A stretch of DNA of 63,720 nucleotides, counting the filler, from Reticulomyxa filosa (lineage: Eukaryota; Protista; Foraminifera), in assembly GCA_000512085.1 (NCBI GenBank). It is 22 parts of 22 records of this genome, joined end to end, with 100 filler letters (N's around TTAATTAATTAA, not from the genome) between each part and the next. Parts side by side here need not be neighbours in the genome. Positions count along the whole stretch, not along the records: positions 48,408 to 51,492 come from ASPP01012402.1; positions 51,593 to 54,399 come from ASPP01020066.1; positions 54,500 to 60,396 come from ASPP01000990.1; positions 60,497 to 61,854 come from ASPP01024643.1; positions 61,955 to 63,720 come from ASPP01016575.1; 17 more parts are not named here. The stretch is one strand, 5' to 3'. The position numbers were made by a program, and so were the translations under genes. How positions within the stretch are numbered: the stretch's first letter is position 1; every line of letters begins with the position of its first letter. The notes beneath the pieces are model-generated. The model saw only the letters and a list, made by a program, of their open reading frames with translations, did not search any database and had not been told where the DNA came from. This document shows positions 50,631 through 63,720 of this stretch, piece after piece.

Positions 50631-51420
50631 GAAGCGTTCACGGAAGAGCCAGTGCAACCCGTGGCGCTTCATTTTAACAATTGTTTTGCGGACATGATGC
50701 TGGGGCCTTCGCAAGGCTTTACGATGATTCACGCGCTGTGCCAATTTGTAAACTTTTTGCACGTGGAATTCCTGGAGCCTTACTTCCCCAGCGATACCGA
50801 AAAGGCCAACTCGGTGTTGTACGCCGACAACGTCCGATCCAAAATCGCCCAACGGTTGGGCGCTGAACTTACCGCACATGGTTTTGATGATATGTTGCTA
50901 AGGCAATTTGCCGAAAAATATGACATCGACCAATCACTTTTCGATTCGTTTTGTGATTTGTTTGTTTGAAACACATTTAGATAATATATACATATATATA
51001 TATAATATATATATATATTACCCAAATGCATTCGATAGCTTCCTCGTGACAAATGTTTTGGAAATGTATTCGATGAAGTCCGCCACAGTGATAACATTGG
51101 GCAAGTTATATGTCCCGTATGCCAACCAACAGGGCGTATTGAGTATCGATCGCTTCTGCGAGTTGTTCAAGATAAGGAACAAAACGGTGGGGAGCAAGAT
51201 TGTGGACATTTTAAGTGGAGCCACGTCCACCGAAAACACTCGTGGCATTGGAGATGACAAGATTGTCGTGTTTGAAGATTTGTTAACTTGGGCGACCATT
51301 GCTTATCGCAACACTTACATTGACGATGCCATTTCTTTGTTTTTTGCTTATTGTGATTCAAATGTCGACGAACTTATTTCCAAAGAGGATGTCATTGATG
51401 CCATTCGATTTTTAAATACA
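49298..51420 (+). CDS. Lysophospholipid acyltransferase (LPCAT1/2-like) with C-terminal EF-hands, multi-exon, 3'-partial
   Basis: PNHCSTFD (HxxxxD), SVAKREVQNLPFIG, VFVDR, VVFPQGT, PVQPVAL, YADNVRSKIA; EF-hand FAYCDSNVDELISKEDV. Confidence 0.88.
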
Positions 51421-51455
51421 AGTCATTTTTCATACTTTTTTTCCTTTCTATTTAT

Positions 51456-51492
<37 letters not shown>

Positions 51493-54400
51493 NNNNNNNN
51501 NNNNNNNNNNNNNNNNNNNNNNNNNNNNNNNNNNNNTTAATTAATTAANNNNNNNNNNNNNNNNNNNNNNNNNNNNNNNNNNNNNNNNNNNNAAAACACT
51601 TTAAATTATTTTTGCGAGACAGATCGGTAACAAAGTTTCAGAGGGAGTCCAGAAACAAATTTTTTCTAAGCAGCTGTTACTTCAACTGCCCCTTAAAGAT
51701 GAGATAGAAACAAAAAAAATTTAATTTTTGGTCAATTAAACCGATTTCGATCAAATAGTGCCCAAAAATTAAATATTTTAGAAGCATCCACCAAAGAGAA
51801 TTGCTTCTACATTAACTCTGCAGAAGCTTCCAATACTCAAGCCAATGTTCCAATAGCACGTTTTTAAAGTTTTCTGATTCCAATGAGTAATTTGTTTCCT
51901 TCATCTATTTCCGCAGAAATCAGTCCTTCTTTACTATGATTTGAATTGAATTTTACTCATCGGACAAGCAGTAGCATTTGCTTCAACATGTTTGTAAATG
52001 TCTTTGTTCTTCTTTTTCATTTGTGGTTTTATCATTTCCACTGCTTATTCTGGTTCTGGTCACTCTAGAGAGAAAACAACAAATTAATTCAAATTACTTT
52101 AGAAAGAAAGATAAAAATAATGAATGATGTTTAAAACTTTAATAATGTTGAGCAAGTCTTGTATTGATTAATTTTGAGAGTAATCAAATATGTTACAATT
52201 TTCATATTTTCCATCAAACCAACGCGAATGTCATATCTCTGAAAATAGTTCCATACACATCTCGTAAATACATGTAAAAGGTAGCGAACATCAATATTCA
52301 ACCAATATTCATTATGGAGTGATTTGATTTATGTTTGAATAGAGAAAGAATCCATGTTCGCACTGCCTTGGTCGAGACATATTACAACCACTGGACAATA
52401 TGATACCAAACACAGACTTTTGTTCTTCAAATAGAGTTTTTATCTCTCGCAATACCAATCTTGCACACTTTTTCTATTTGATTGTCTTGAATTTGAATAA
52501 TGCAATATTGCATGTTGCAAGGGAAGTTTCTGCATCCCTTTTTGCCTTCTTTGATTGTATATGTTGTACATATTGCAATGGATTGACTTGTGACCTAATT
52601 GCGTTATATATATATATCAGAAAGTGGAGTTGGGTAAATGACACGACTTTGAAGAGGAGGCAGCTTGATCAGAGTACGTACAAAGTCCAAGTGTCTGCTA
52701 ATAGTGTCAATACCATCGTTGTGGATGATAAGACGTTCAATATTTGCACGATAACCAAGACATAATCTGCAATAGAATATTTGACACTGCTTTGAATGAT
52801 TTGTTTACAATATCTGGCTCAATGTTTCATTTGGATAAAATCTTTTGCTCCAATATATAGCCACATGAGAAGAGGACAAACAATAATACAACAATTTCTT
52901 TTCCATACATGTTGAAGATAATCATAACCATCTCCATTACGCCAGTAGACAAACTAGTCTATATACAATTTGATGTGAATCAAATGATGTTAAATGGAAA
53001 AAAGTGAGCCATTGACCATCACTGTGATCATTCCAACCATCTTTGCAATACATCGTAAAATATCATGCTAAGTGTATCTCCTCCTTTCGACAGCAATATT
53101 GAACATGTGGATTTGATTGTATCATTTATTGTTTGGAATGAAATTGGTTTTCTTCCCAAACATGACAAGAATTACCAACTCGTGTCTCGATACAACATCT
53201 TGAAGGCAATGTTTAAGTGTAAACACATTTAAAATCACAAGCTACAAATATCAAGAGTATATTTATTTGATTGGGATAAATGCTAACATTGCTCGCTTCG
53301 AAAGATTTGCAGCGAATCCAAAACTTTGGCAAATCACATCCATCACACGACATTGTCTTGACTGCTTTGGCATCCTCCATCCATCCGAGGGATACATACT
53401 GATCAAATTTCAACAAATCAATCAATAAATATTGACAACGAATAATACATATCCGAGATTGCCACAGTTGATACTGCTGCGTCATGTGTCATGCATTACA
53501 ACGTTGATAATGATTGTCCAGATATAAATGGACTATTCAACTTCAATTTGTAATGTCTTCATCTTCATCTCGTTACTCGCTCTCACAAAACTGTAATGCA
53601 AAGACGTCAAGGGGGGGGGGGGGAGGGAATGGAAAGAAAACACGAACGGACACAATTGTGGAGGCATTTTCCAAATATATGTTGTATATACAATTATTGC
53701 AAATCGAGCTATAGTCATGACCATATATTTATGGTGACAAATTTGGTTCCCATTGACTAACAAATGAAGACGGTACGATTGCTTGTGGTGTCCAGAAATT
53801 GATCTTCTTTTCGCTTAATCCACAAACAGCACACGATACTATTCTGTGGAATGTTTTCTTTTGCATAGAGTTCAAATTGATCGTCCACAATGCGCTCATT
53901 ACATCTGTGCCATTGGCCATTGGTATTTTGAGCATCGTCGGCTCACGGCATGCTTTCCCCGATTGAAGTATCATAACCAGAAACATTTAAACTACATTCA
54001 TATGTCTAGCACCATTCCTGTTAACTGTACACATTTACCACATCTTCATCGACAATCACAAACAATTTCTCGGCTCAAATATTTATTGGAAGAATTAATT
54101 GAGCTTCATTGTATTGGAGTTGACCATTTTACGCGCAGTTCCACTCGGACATTGATACAACTAGTCATCGTTGTAAAAGATATGTGTTGATAACAATTTT
54201 TTTAATTTTGTTTTCAATTTGTTTCTTTAAATTTTTTTGAATTCAAGACCAATTTATGTCAATACGTTGTGTCTCCTCCTTTATATCTTCGCTTTTTTTA
54301 AAAAATAAAATACATTTGCGTTTTGTTGTCTGATGCATCTATATATACGCAAACAGAATTATTTTTTATATTTTAAAGACAACGAAAAAATATATACATN

Positions 54401-54499
54401 NNNNNNNNNNNNNNNNNNNNNNNNNNNNNNNNNNNNNNNNNNNTTAATTAATTAANNNNNNNNNNNNNNNNNNNNNNNNNNNNNNNNNNNNNNNNNNNN

Positions 54500-54535
<36 letters not shown>

Positions 54536-54574
54536 AAAAAAAATGTGAAAAAAAAAAAAAATGATCCGACATAC

Positions 54575-55026
54575 CATTTGTCCAAAAGAACACTGGATCT
54601 GTGGCAGGGCTGCCCAAACTTTCGACAAACCAATAAAAAATGTATCGCGGATTGGACACATCCACGTTAATGTATCCAGAAAACTATTTTGACGTTGTTT
54701 GATGGAAGAGAATGGATTTTACGAGTTTGGGACAAAAAGGAAAGAGGGAGGGGGGAAAGGAACAAAAATGCGGATGGCGAATCTGCGCCAGCGAAATGCA
54801 AGTTCATACCATAGTAAAATCAGCACCTGAGGGCAAACCAGGCAAGGATGTGATTTGGCTTTGCAGAACTGCTGCTGGATAATCAGGTCGCCTGCCATAG
54901 ACTGTAAAAGTAAGATATTTTTGGTTTTTTTGTCAAACAAACATGTTCAAGATATAATTTCTCTCAAATTCTTGCAGTTTTACCTGAGGCGGCAAAATAA
55001 AAAGCACCCAACAAAGTGTACAACAT
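54575..55026 (-). CDS. Serine carboxypeptidase (S10), 5' part, 3 exons
   Basis: Signal-like MLYTLLGAFYFAAS|VYG...ITSLPGLP...|FSGYINVDVSNPRYIFYWFVESLGSPATDPVFFWTNG. Confidence 0.92.
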
Positions 55027-55365
55027 CTTTGTCCAATAAGATCAATACCACGAACAACCAAATTAATAAAATTGGGGCTCAACAAAACGCTCGTGTTTGT
55101 CTCAGCTCTTGTTTTAAGTGAACAAACTTATACTTGCCATTTCAAATGCAAATTTCTATATTTTCATGTCGAGTGGTAAGGCATGATTACATTACAGGGT
55201 AGTGAAAAGCTGCTTATCAACAGAAAATTAAAGCGAAAACGTAAGGTACATTTTAAATGAAAGTCATTCCAAAACGACTACAACTTGATTGTAACCAGAC
55301 ACAGTAGTAGTTTTTTTCTGAAATAAAAAAAAGGGATATTTTCTGTTACATTAAGTAGCAGCACG

Positions 55366-58300
55366 ATGTCAAAAGCCCTTGTAAAGATTGGATCAAAAAA
55401 ATATGGACTTAAACTAACAACGGTAACAGTTGCAGGTCTGAGAGAACAGATAATAGAAGTGAGCAAAAATGAACAACGAGGGAACGTACTGACGAGAGTC
55501 GTTGATTCGTGTGGAAATGATATTGAAACAAACCAACATCTTAGAAGGCTTGTTAAAGATGGTCGTCTTCTTTTCTTTGCTGAATTTCAACCAAGTTATT
55601 CTTTTGTTTATCTCAAGCGTGAATAATCATTCTATTAACACTTGCAAAATAAGATGTAAATAAAATACGAATAGAATCTACAAAAAAGAAAGATGTGGAA
55701 GAAAAAAAAGAAGCAACAACGCCACTAGCATCGTCATTATTGCCATCGCCATCGTCGCCATTACCGTTATCACCATTACCATTGCTGCCATCATGTCATG
55801 AAATGAAGAATCCCTTGGTGTTATTGACAGGAGCAATGAAATACAAAAAAATGACATATTTGCAAAATGCCAAACATGATCTAATTTATTGCAAAAATTG
55901 TTTAAGCAAAAATTTGGTTATCAAGTATTTAATACTTTGAATTCACAAAATGCAAATAGTGAATCGCTAACTTTGAACGATTTGAATAAGTTTATTTTGA
56001 AGTATGCTTTAAATTTGAATGACAATTCTCCGAATAAGAAATCGTATGATGGGTTGATATTTGTTTGGTGTGGATATGGAAATAATGGAGATATTGTGAT
56101 CACAAGTGATGAAAAAAAAAAACCTTTCAAAGATATTCAAGAAGATTTTGTGATGAAAACAGATTATTTTGTAGGAAAACCAAAAATATTTATGAAAATT
56201 GAATTTACAGATCAACAAAATCTTTCTTCTTCTTCTTCTTCTTCAACTCGAATCAAAAATACAAAAGAAATTAAATCTAATGAAAATAAAATAAGATATA
56301 ACCAAGATGTTGATATTTTCACTATTTGTGCAAGCATTCCAAAGAAATCAATTATTAACAAATCAGAAATTGCAAACAAAAAAAAGAAAAATATTTTACA
56401 GAAATTTTTTGCCAAGTAGTCGAAAAGAATATGAACAAGAGTTTATTATTTATTGTCAATCAAGTAATCCAATTGATAAATGATCCCATTTTAGATGCAC
56501 AAGTTGCACAAACTACTACCTCGGCCACAAATTTTGATATTATTCTAGTTCCACGATCTATTACATCTTCAACACAGATTATGCGACAGCAAAATGATGA
56601 TATTAAACAAGAAACAAATGAAATTTTTCAAATTCCCAAAAATATTAAAAAATCTTTGAATTATCACAAACATTGGAATGAAAATTGGAAAACATCAACA
56701 GTTGAAGCTGCCAAAATGGTTGAGCAAATAATTAAAGCAAAAGAACAAGGATTAATTGTTATTGCTAGCAACACTTCTCAATGGGGCAAAATATCACATG
56801 AAAATACAAACAAAATTAACGAAGATGCTTTGTTCAGTAAATTGATAAAAAGTAAACAAGTGGACAAACAAGTATTTGGTGAATATTGGATTTATATAAT
56901 CAAAAATAAAGTGGTGGTATTGGATGATATAAATATCGATGGCAATGTATACGTTGTCGATTGCGAAATTCAGTGTAAAGGGAGAGTCAATATAACAATG
57001 GAACTTTTTGCTACAAAGGATGCAATAATTGATGTCAAGTTGGCACATATTATTTCTCCAATTCAATGGAACACCAAATTACACCATGACATTCCAGTAG
57101 AACTTCAACGCTTAAACGACATGATAAATGAGTGCTTTGGGATAAAATATTTTGATGAGGCCATTATTTATACGAAAGAAGCTTTAAAACTTTCTGTTGA
57201 AGCTTTTGGGACTAGTCATCCTTATGTTGGCGATTTTAACAATTCGCAAGGAAACTTATATTTTCAAAATGAGCAATATGACAAGGCGATTGTATGCTAC
57301 AAAAAATCGTTGAAAATTCGATTGGATATTTTTGGAATGAATCATATCGATGTCGCTTGGGCGTACAATAATTTAGGGAGTGTACATATTAAAGAATTGC
57401 AATATGCCAAATCAGTTCAATGTTTTGAAAAATCATTAAAAATAAGACTAAGTATTTTTGGAATAAAACACGCTGATGTTGCTTCGTCGTACAATAATTT
57501 GGGAGTTGCGCATTATTATAATGAAGAATACAATAAAGCAATTCAGTGCCATGAAAAATCATTAAAGATCAGATTGGAGCTTTTTGGTATCCATCATATT
57601 GATGTTGCTTTATCTTATAATAACTTAGGGGTTGTCTATAGCAAGAAAGAACAACATGACAAGGTTATCGAATATAATCAAAGGTCATTGAAAACGACAT
57701 TGAAAGTATACGGAATGAATCATATCGAAGTTGCATCTTTGTACTACAATATCGGAACTGCATATTACTATAAAAATGACTTTGATAAATCAATTGAAAA
57801 CCACGAAAAAACATTGAAAATCAGATTAAATATTTTAGGAAAAAATCATAGCGATGTTGCATTGTCATATGACAATTTAGGTGTTGCCTATTTTAATAAA
57901 ATGCAATACAATAAAGCGATTGAATGTTACGAAAACGCATTGGATATTAGATTGGAAATTCATGAGCCTAATCATGTCAACATTGCATTATCATACTACA
58001 ATTTAGGCGTTACTTATTTCAGTAAAGGTGACTATGACAAAGCAATTAGTTATCATCAAAAGTCATTAGACATGAGATTAGAAGGCTCGGATGTTAGCCG
58101 GATTGATATAGCTTTGTCTTACTTTAATTTAGGAACTGTATATGATAAGATCTCAGCGTTCGATAAAGCGATTGAATGTTATGAAAGAGCATTGAAAACC
58201 AGATTGGACATATTTGGGATAAAGCACAATGAAGTAGCTCTATCGTATTATTATCTGGGATGTAGCTATTACAATAAAGGACAACACGATAAAGCTGTTG

Positions 58301-59040
58301 AATGTCATGAAAAATCCCTGAAAATCAGAATAGATCTGTTTGGTATCAACCATGCGGACGTGGCTCTATCATATAACAATTTAGGAACTTCCTATTATGG
58401 CAAAGAACAACATAAAAAAGCAATTGATTGTTATGAAAAATCATTGAAAATCCGAATTGCTATTTATGGAATCAAGCATGTTGATGTTGCTTTGTCATAT
58501 AACAATTTGGGAGTTGTTTATTACTGCAAAGGGCAGTATAAGAAAGCAATTGAGTGTTATGAAAAGTCATTGAAAATAAGGCTGCACGTTTTTGGAATTA
58601 ATCATGGTGATGTTGCCATGTCGTACTATAATTTGGGGAGCGTATATGACAAAGATGCAAGGTATGACAAAGCAATTGAATATTACGAAAAATCTCTGAA
58701 GATTAGATTAAAGGTCTTTGGTATCAATCATACTGATGTCTCTGCATCTTACTACAACTTGGGATGTAGTTATTACAACAAAGAGCTATATGACAAAGCC
58801 ATAGAATACCATGAACATGCACTGCAAATACGAAAGACAATATTTAAAAGTGCAAAGATTGATATCGGTGATTCAAATTGTTGGTTGGGAATGGCCTTTG
58901 AGAAAAAAGGAGAGAAGGAAGCAGCATACAACTATTTTGAAGAAGCATGGAAGGTTTACAATGTGGTTTTAGGACAGTACCATGAATATACATTAGATGT
59001 TAAAGAGCAGGTCCGAAAATTAAATGCATCCCTTTTGTGA
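55366..59040 (+). CDS. PB1/ubiquitin-like + degenerate caspase-like (C14) + 14 x 42-aa TPR protein; frameshifts at ~55885 and ~56385 (pseudogene or assembly error)
   Basis: Exon 1 ends ~55594 and the intron ends ~55673. Caspase-like elements: NPLVLLTGAMKY, HDL..LQKLFKQKFGYQV, YDGLIFVWCGYG and GKPKIF. TPR consensus H.DVA.SYNNLG..Y....YDKAIE.YEKSLKIRL..FG.N. Confidence 0.85.
57217..58980 (+). repeat. Array of 14 tandem 126-bp (42-aa) TPR units
   Basis: Counted directly in the translation of ORF 56431-59040. Confidence 0.95.
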
Positions 59041-60496
59041 TTAGAATTACTATGAATTAGATTAATTAGATATTTGATACTTTTCTTTCTTTTGTTTTTT
59101 TTTATCTTGTGTGATGATCTTATCGAACTGAAAGCAGATGAGTCTTTATTTTTTTTTTTGCTAATACATCTTTTCATTTATTCATTTTATTTTTTTCAAT
59201 CTTTTTTCTCTTTAATTTGTTGAACTCTGGTAAGTTGTGTCTCTGACATTGAAGACTTACTATTTGGTTATTTTAATGACAAATAAAAATTGTGATGTCC
59301 TCTTTTTTGTTTTTAATTTTTGCGTTAGTTCTTTCTACGCATTTGCTAGCGAATAAGAATGCTTCGTCATATATTACTGTTTTTTCTTTTTTGAAATACA
59401 GAGTTGCCAGTGCTTGTAAATAGAATCAAATACGTCTCAGCAAGAAGAAAACTAAAGGTAGTCGATTTCACCAATTAAAAGTCATTTCCACTATTATTCG
59501 GGTTACAGAATAAGCATTTTCATAAATACAACCGAGAAAGGCCAATAATATTTATTACTGGTTCAATAAAGTTTATACATTTCAGACGTTTCAATTGCAT
59601 TGAGTAATCTCTGCGATAAAGCATCTTTCAGGCATATACAATGCCTACGTTTGAGTTGGAGATCATTTGAAAAAAATAAATCATTGTCTTCATTTTGTTT
59701 TGAAAAAAAAATGTTAATAGGTCTGGGTGAGACTTGCACTCACATCTACGCGGAATGTCAAAGTTTTCATCAAAGCTTAATATACTACTAAGGCGTTTAA
59801 GAGTTTGGAAACTTATATATGCCTTCGTATATTATCTGAAGACTTGATCCAGATAATCAAACTGTGGAAAACCACACATCATTTATCAATTCAAGTAGCC
59901 GGAACAAACAAACAAACAACAAAAATTGACCACTGATGTGGTAGGCGTATACTCTACTATTGAGTTACCAGACCATTTTATTTTTGAAAGTACTTATACT
60001 TTATATATAATAGATATACTGTTAATTTTCATTCAAAATAATAATACAGCAAAATATAAATATTTCTTTTATTAAAAAAAAAATACTTTTATTAACACAG
60101 TACTCCTAAGTTATAATTTTAATTACCACAGCCAAAAAATGAAGATATATTAAGATCACTTGGATGCAAATCTTCAATCACAAATGTAAATATACATTTA
60201 TTTTCTTGTCTTTTGAATCGCAATTTATACAAAAGCTATTGCCCAAGTCTAGTTATCTCATTTTCTAATTGGTTGGAAGAGTATTTTTGACAAAAATAAA
60301 ATCAGATGTAAAGAAATACACATTCTTTCAGAAATCAACACTTGATAATTTTCTCTTTCTTGGTTTTCAACCCATCAATGTCATGTATATCTCTTTNNNN
60401 NNNNNNNNNNNNNNNNNNNNNNNNNNNNNNNNNNNNNNNNTTAATTAATTAANNNNNNNNNNNNNNNNNNNNNNNNNNNNNNNNNNNNNNNNNNNN

Positions 60497-61854
60497 ACTC
60501 CATATAAATCCCCTTTTCGCTCTTTCCAACAAATGTATAACCAATAAATACAATTGTTTGTCATTCAATTTCGTTGATATTAACCCAAGTAATTCTACCA
60601 ATGATCTATCTTTATCTTCGTCGTTGTTTGTGTTGATCGAATGTTTGGAAATAAATATCAAAGCGTTGAAAACCCTCTCCGATTGTTTTTCATTCCATTT
60701 CGTTGAAATTTCTTTAAGTGTTTTTTCATATGAATCAAAATAATTATCTCCCTGCTCCTTTGGCAAAGCATTTAAAACTCTTTCCAGTTGTTTATCAGTC
60801 AAATTCGTTGCAATTACTCCAAGTGATTCTACACATGATTTACGAACATCTTTATCTTTGTCTTTCAATCCATCGATCAAAGTATTAATTGCATTTTCCA
60901 GTTGTTTCTCATTCAATTTCTCTGGAATTACTCCAAGTGATTCTGGACATAATTTACTAACATATTATCTTTATTTTTTAATCCACTCGTCAAAGCGTTG
61001 ACAACTTCTTCCAGTTGTTTCTCACTCGCTTTTGTTGCAATTATACCAAGTGATTTTGCACATGCTCCACGATCCCATTTATTTGTATCTTTTAACCGAT
61101 GAATGAAAGCACTGAAACTCTATTCAATTGTTGATCATTCAATTTTGTTGAAATTGTTTTAAGTGATTTTTCACATAAGGTACGAATACATTCATTTCCA
61201 TCTTCTAATCTATTCAAACATTCGAAGACATCATCCAATTGCTTTTTATTTAATTTTGTTGGAAAGAAATCCAATAGATTTTGCATACAAATCTCGATTC
61301 TTTTCATCCTTACCTTTGTCTATTGATCAAACACGTGAAAACAGAATCGATTTGTGCTCATTCAATTTCATTGCAATTCCTTCAAGTAAATATCTGAGTA
61401 TATAATGATCATATTCATTTATATTTTGAAATCGATCAATCAAACATTGAACAGTAATATCCAACTGCTTATGAGTATCGAACATTCTCATTACTATCTT
61501 TTAATCCATTTGTGAGACATTGAAAAGCATTTTGAAATGTTTTCATTTAGATTCGCTGCGATTGTCCTAAGTAATTTTGCACATTCCTTACGCATATATG
61601 CATTATGCTTTTTATCAGTGAATATATCCATTGAAGAGTTAAAAGTTTCATTCAATTGTTGTTCATTACATTTATTTGAAATTCTTTCAAGTAATTGGAT
61701 GCACTGTTTTTCATCCAATCTCTGTGCAATTCCTTTAAGTAGAACATTATATCTGTATCCCTTTTCACAATTGAATCTAATTAAATAATTAAAAGCATTA
61801 TCGAATTGTTTCCCAGACAATTTCACTGTAATTGCCTCAAGTGCTTCTCTATAC
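60497..61854 (-). pseudogene. HEAT-repeat (PBS-lyase-like) pseudogene of an expanded family
   Basis: Repeats such as LNEKQLENAINTLIDGLKDKDKDVRKSCVESLGVIA, spread over several frames with multiple frameshifts. Confidence 0.85.
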
Positions 61855-62927
61855 NNNNNNNNNNNNNNNNNNNNNNNNNNNNNNNNNNNNNNNNNNNNTT
61901 AATTAATTAANNNNNNNNNNNNNNNNNNNNNNNNNNNNNNNNNNNNNNNNNNNNCCCCCCATTACTTTTCATTTTTGAAAACAGTACTGCAAAAAATTTT
62001 TTCTTTTATTTTTATTCCTTTCTTTTCTCTCTTCTTATCCTCTTTCCCTTTCTCGTGCTAGTGCTCTTTGTGTTTGTTTGTTGAACTGGTTGAATTACAT
62101 CTCAAACAACCAATCACAGAAAAAAAACCATGCAACAAAAGTTGGAATTAAACTGTTGCTACTTGATGCTGTTTTTTTTGTTGATTTTGTTTTTTTTTTC
62201 TTTTTTTTGAGCATGAACAGTTTTTGAACGAATTATTACAAAAAAAGAAAAGTGTTCTTAACACTTTGAAAACAAAACCACACCAGAGTTGGAAATCATC
62301 AAATCCTCTTTTTTATCTTGGTTTTTTTTTACATTGGTTTACTATAAAAAAAACTTCAGATTAATCCTAATAGTTTAATATTAATTAATTTTGCCAATGT
62401 TTGTGAAGTAAATTTCTCAATTGCTCTTTAATAAATTTGCCACTACCCTTGTGTAATCAACTTTCGGGCACGTTTTTAGCAGTTAATAATTTAAAGTGAC
62501 GTATCCTCATCCGTCTTCTTACAATACTGTCGTATATTTGCAAACAGCTAAAATTCTCACTTACAGCTTTGATCGTTATTGTTTTTTTAAAAAAGTACAA
62601 TCGAACGCAATCTAAAATAATAAAAAATGGCAATTGAAACAAAAGGACGCAGCTCAAAAGTAACAAAAAAATGACAAATCTTTGACTGCTTCTTCTGTCC
62701 CCTCATATTTCCACAATTGACTACATTGGAAACAAAAAAATTAAACAAAACGAAGCAACAATACACAATGAAGTTAGGCACTGGCTCAACAACAAAGAAA
62801 AAAGAAAAAAGAAAAAAGAGAACATTTTTTTTTCCCATCTACCAAACAATTAATGAGCGGAAGAGTGGAGGGAGGAGAGAATAAATGAAGAAAAAAAAAA
62901 AAAAAAAATTAATAATAATGACTAAAA

Positions 62928-63654
62928 TCAATCTCCAACATTGTGAGTTTTATAAGTATTAAGTCTTCTTCTTTTGTTGTTGGTGCCCTCAAATAAAAAC
63001 GAGTCATTAAGGCGATGAGCACTCTTAGAATTTGTACATGATTTGCCTTCTAAAGCAATGTCCATGCACATGCGTCTCTTACTATTTCGTTTTTTTTTGA
63101 CGCCTCCTTTCACATTGAAACAATCGTTATTTACACAATTGTTACTTGTGGAAAATATCTTTGTATTGTGTTGTGTCGCAAGCAGTTTCAAATAGCGCCG
63201 ATTGACTCTCAGCGATATCAAACTCTTGTCTTCCGAAACTACCTCAACTTCAAATTCAGTGGGACCAATCTTACTTATTATCCTTCCAATTTTACCACAA
63301 TGATGTTTCGCCCTGTAAATATCAACATTTTATTTATTTATTTATTAAAACTAATGGGCTCTCAATACATTAACGTCCATGCAGTGGATGGAAACATGGC
63401 GTGTGTACTGAGCGAGAAAAGAGGGGGGAAAAAAAAAAAAAGAAAGGAAAAACTAACAAAATAAAACAAAACAAAACAAATTATTAACCAAAAATTGTCA
63501 GCAATTCGAACTTTGGAAGAGATCTTGAATGAATTATTGTGCGAGCTGGTCACACGCTTTTCGTCTGTGCTTTCACAAGAGTGCTCTTCTGCACTGGACA
63601 ATATCGCATCTCTATCCGTTATTGCGGATTGTCGAGGCATTTCCAAACCTAACT
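62928..63654 (-). CDS. Hypothetical protein, 3' part, with a KOW/SH3-like beta-barrel; exons 63654-63489 and 63312-62928
   Basis: Spliced FKISSKVRIADNFW|AKHHCGKIGRIISKIGPTEFEVEVV...LRVNRRYLK, followed by a basic NLS-like tail. Confidence 0.5.
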
Positions 63655-63720
63655 CTGCAAGCAAGATTAGCCCATTTTTTTTTTTTAAAGAAAAAAAAAA
63701 AAAAAATTACATTTACTAGT

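Noticed and set aside
57217-58980. 126-bp periodicity as a CRISPR-like array or satellite
   Set aside because: It is a coding TPR repeat with synonymous divergence; there are no repeat-spacer units or cas genes.

Overview
This window is not one locus. It is a concatenation of 22 short contigs from an AT-rich, intron-containing eukaryotic genome, joined by 21 identical artificial 100-nt spacers (N44-TTAATTAATTAA-N44). The gene content points to a foraminiferan such as Reticulomyxa filosa (inference, not database-verified): EFL-type elongation factor fragments, WD40 repeats with the GVIGGNGYTICSGS motif, 42-aa TPR arrays, HEAT repeats and poly-Asn tracts. Recognisable genes are two mitochondrial carriers, PARG, a 7TM-RGS protein, a claudin-like 4TM protein, SAHH, a ubiquitin E2, an NYN protein, a four-domain voltage-gated cation channel, DnaJ, a GRK-like N-terminus, an LPCAT with EF-hands and a serine carboxypeptidase. 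Decayed WD40, TLDc, HEAT, EFL and actin copies are present. A long-TIR Tc1 transposon family appears in 5-6 contigs, and there are two foldback elements. The best candidate for an undescribed system is a PB1-like + catalytically degenerate caspase-like + 14x TPR gene (55366-59040) that resembles a variable-repeat immune sensor. Next are the channel with a non-canonical filter and a large S2-S3 insertion, and an actin/EFL fragment chimera. Exon boundaries were read by eye and are approximate where stated.
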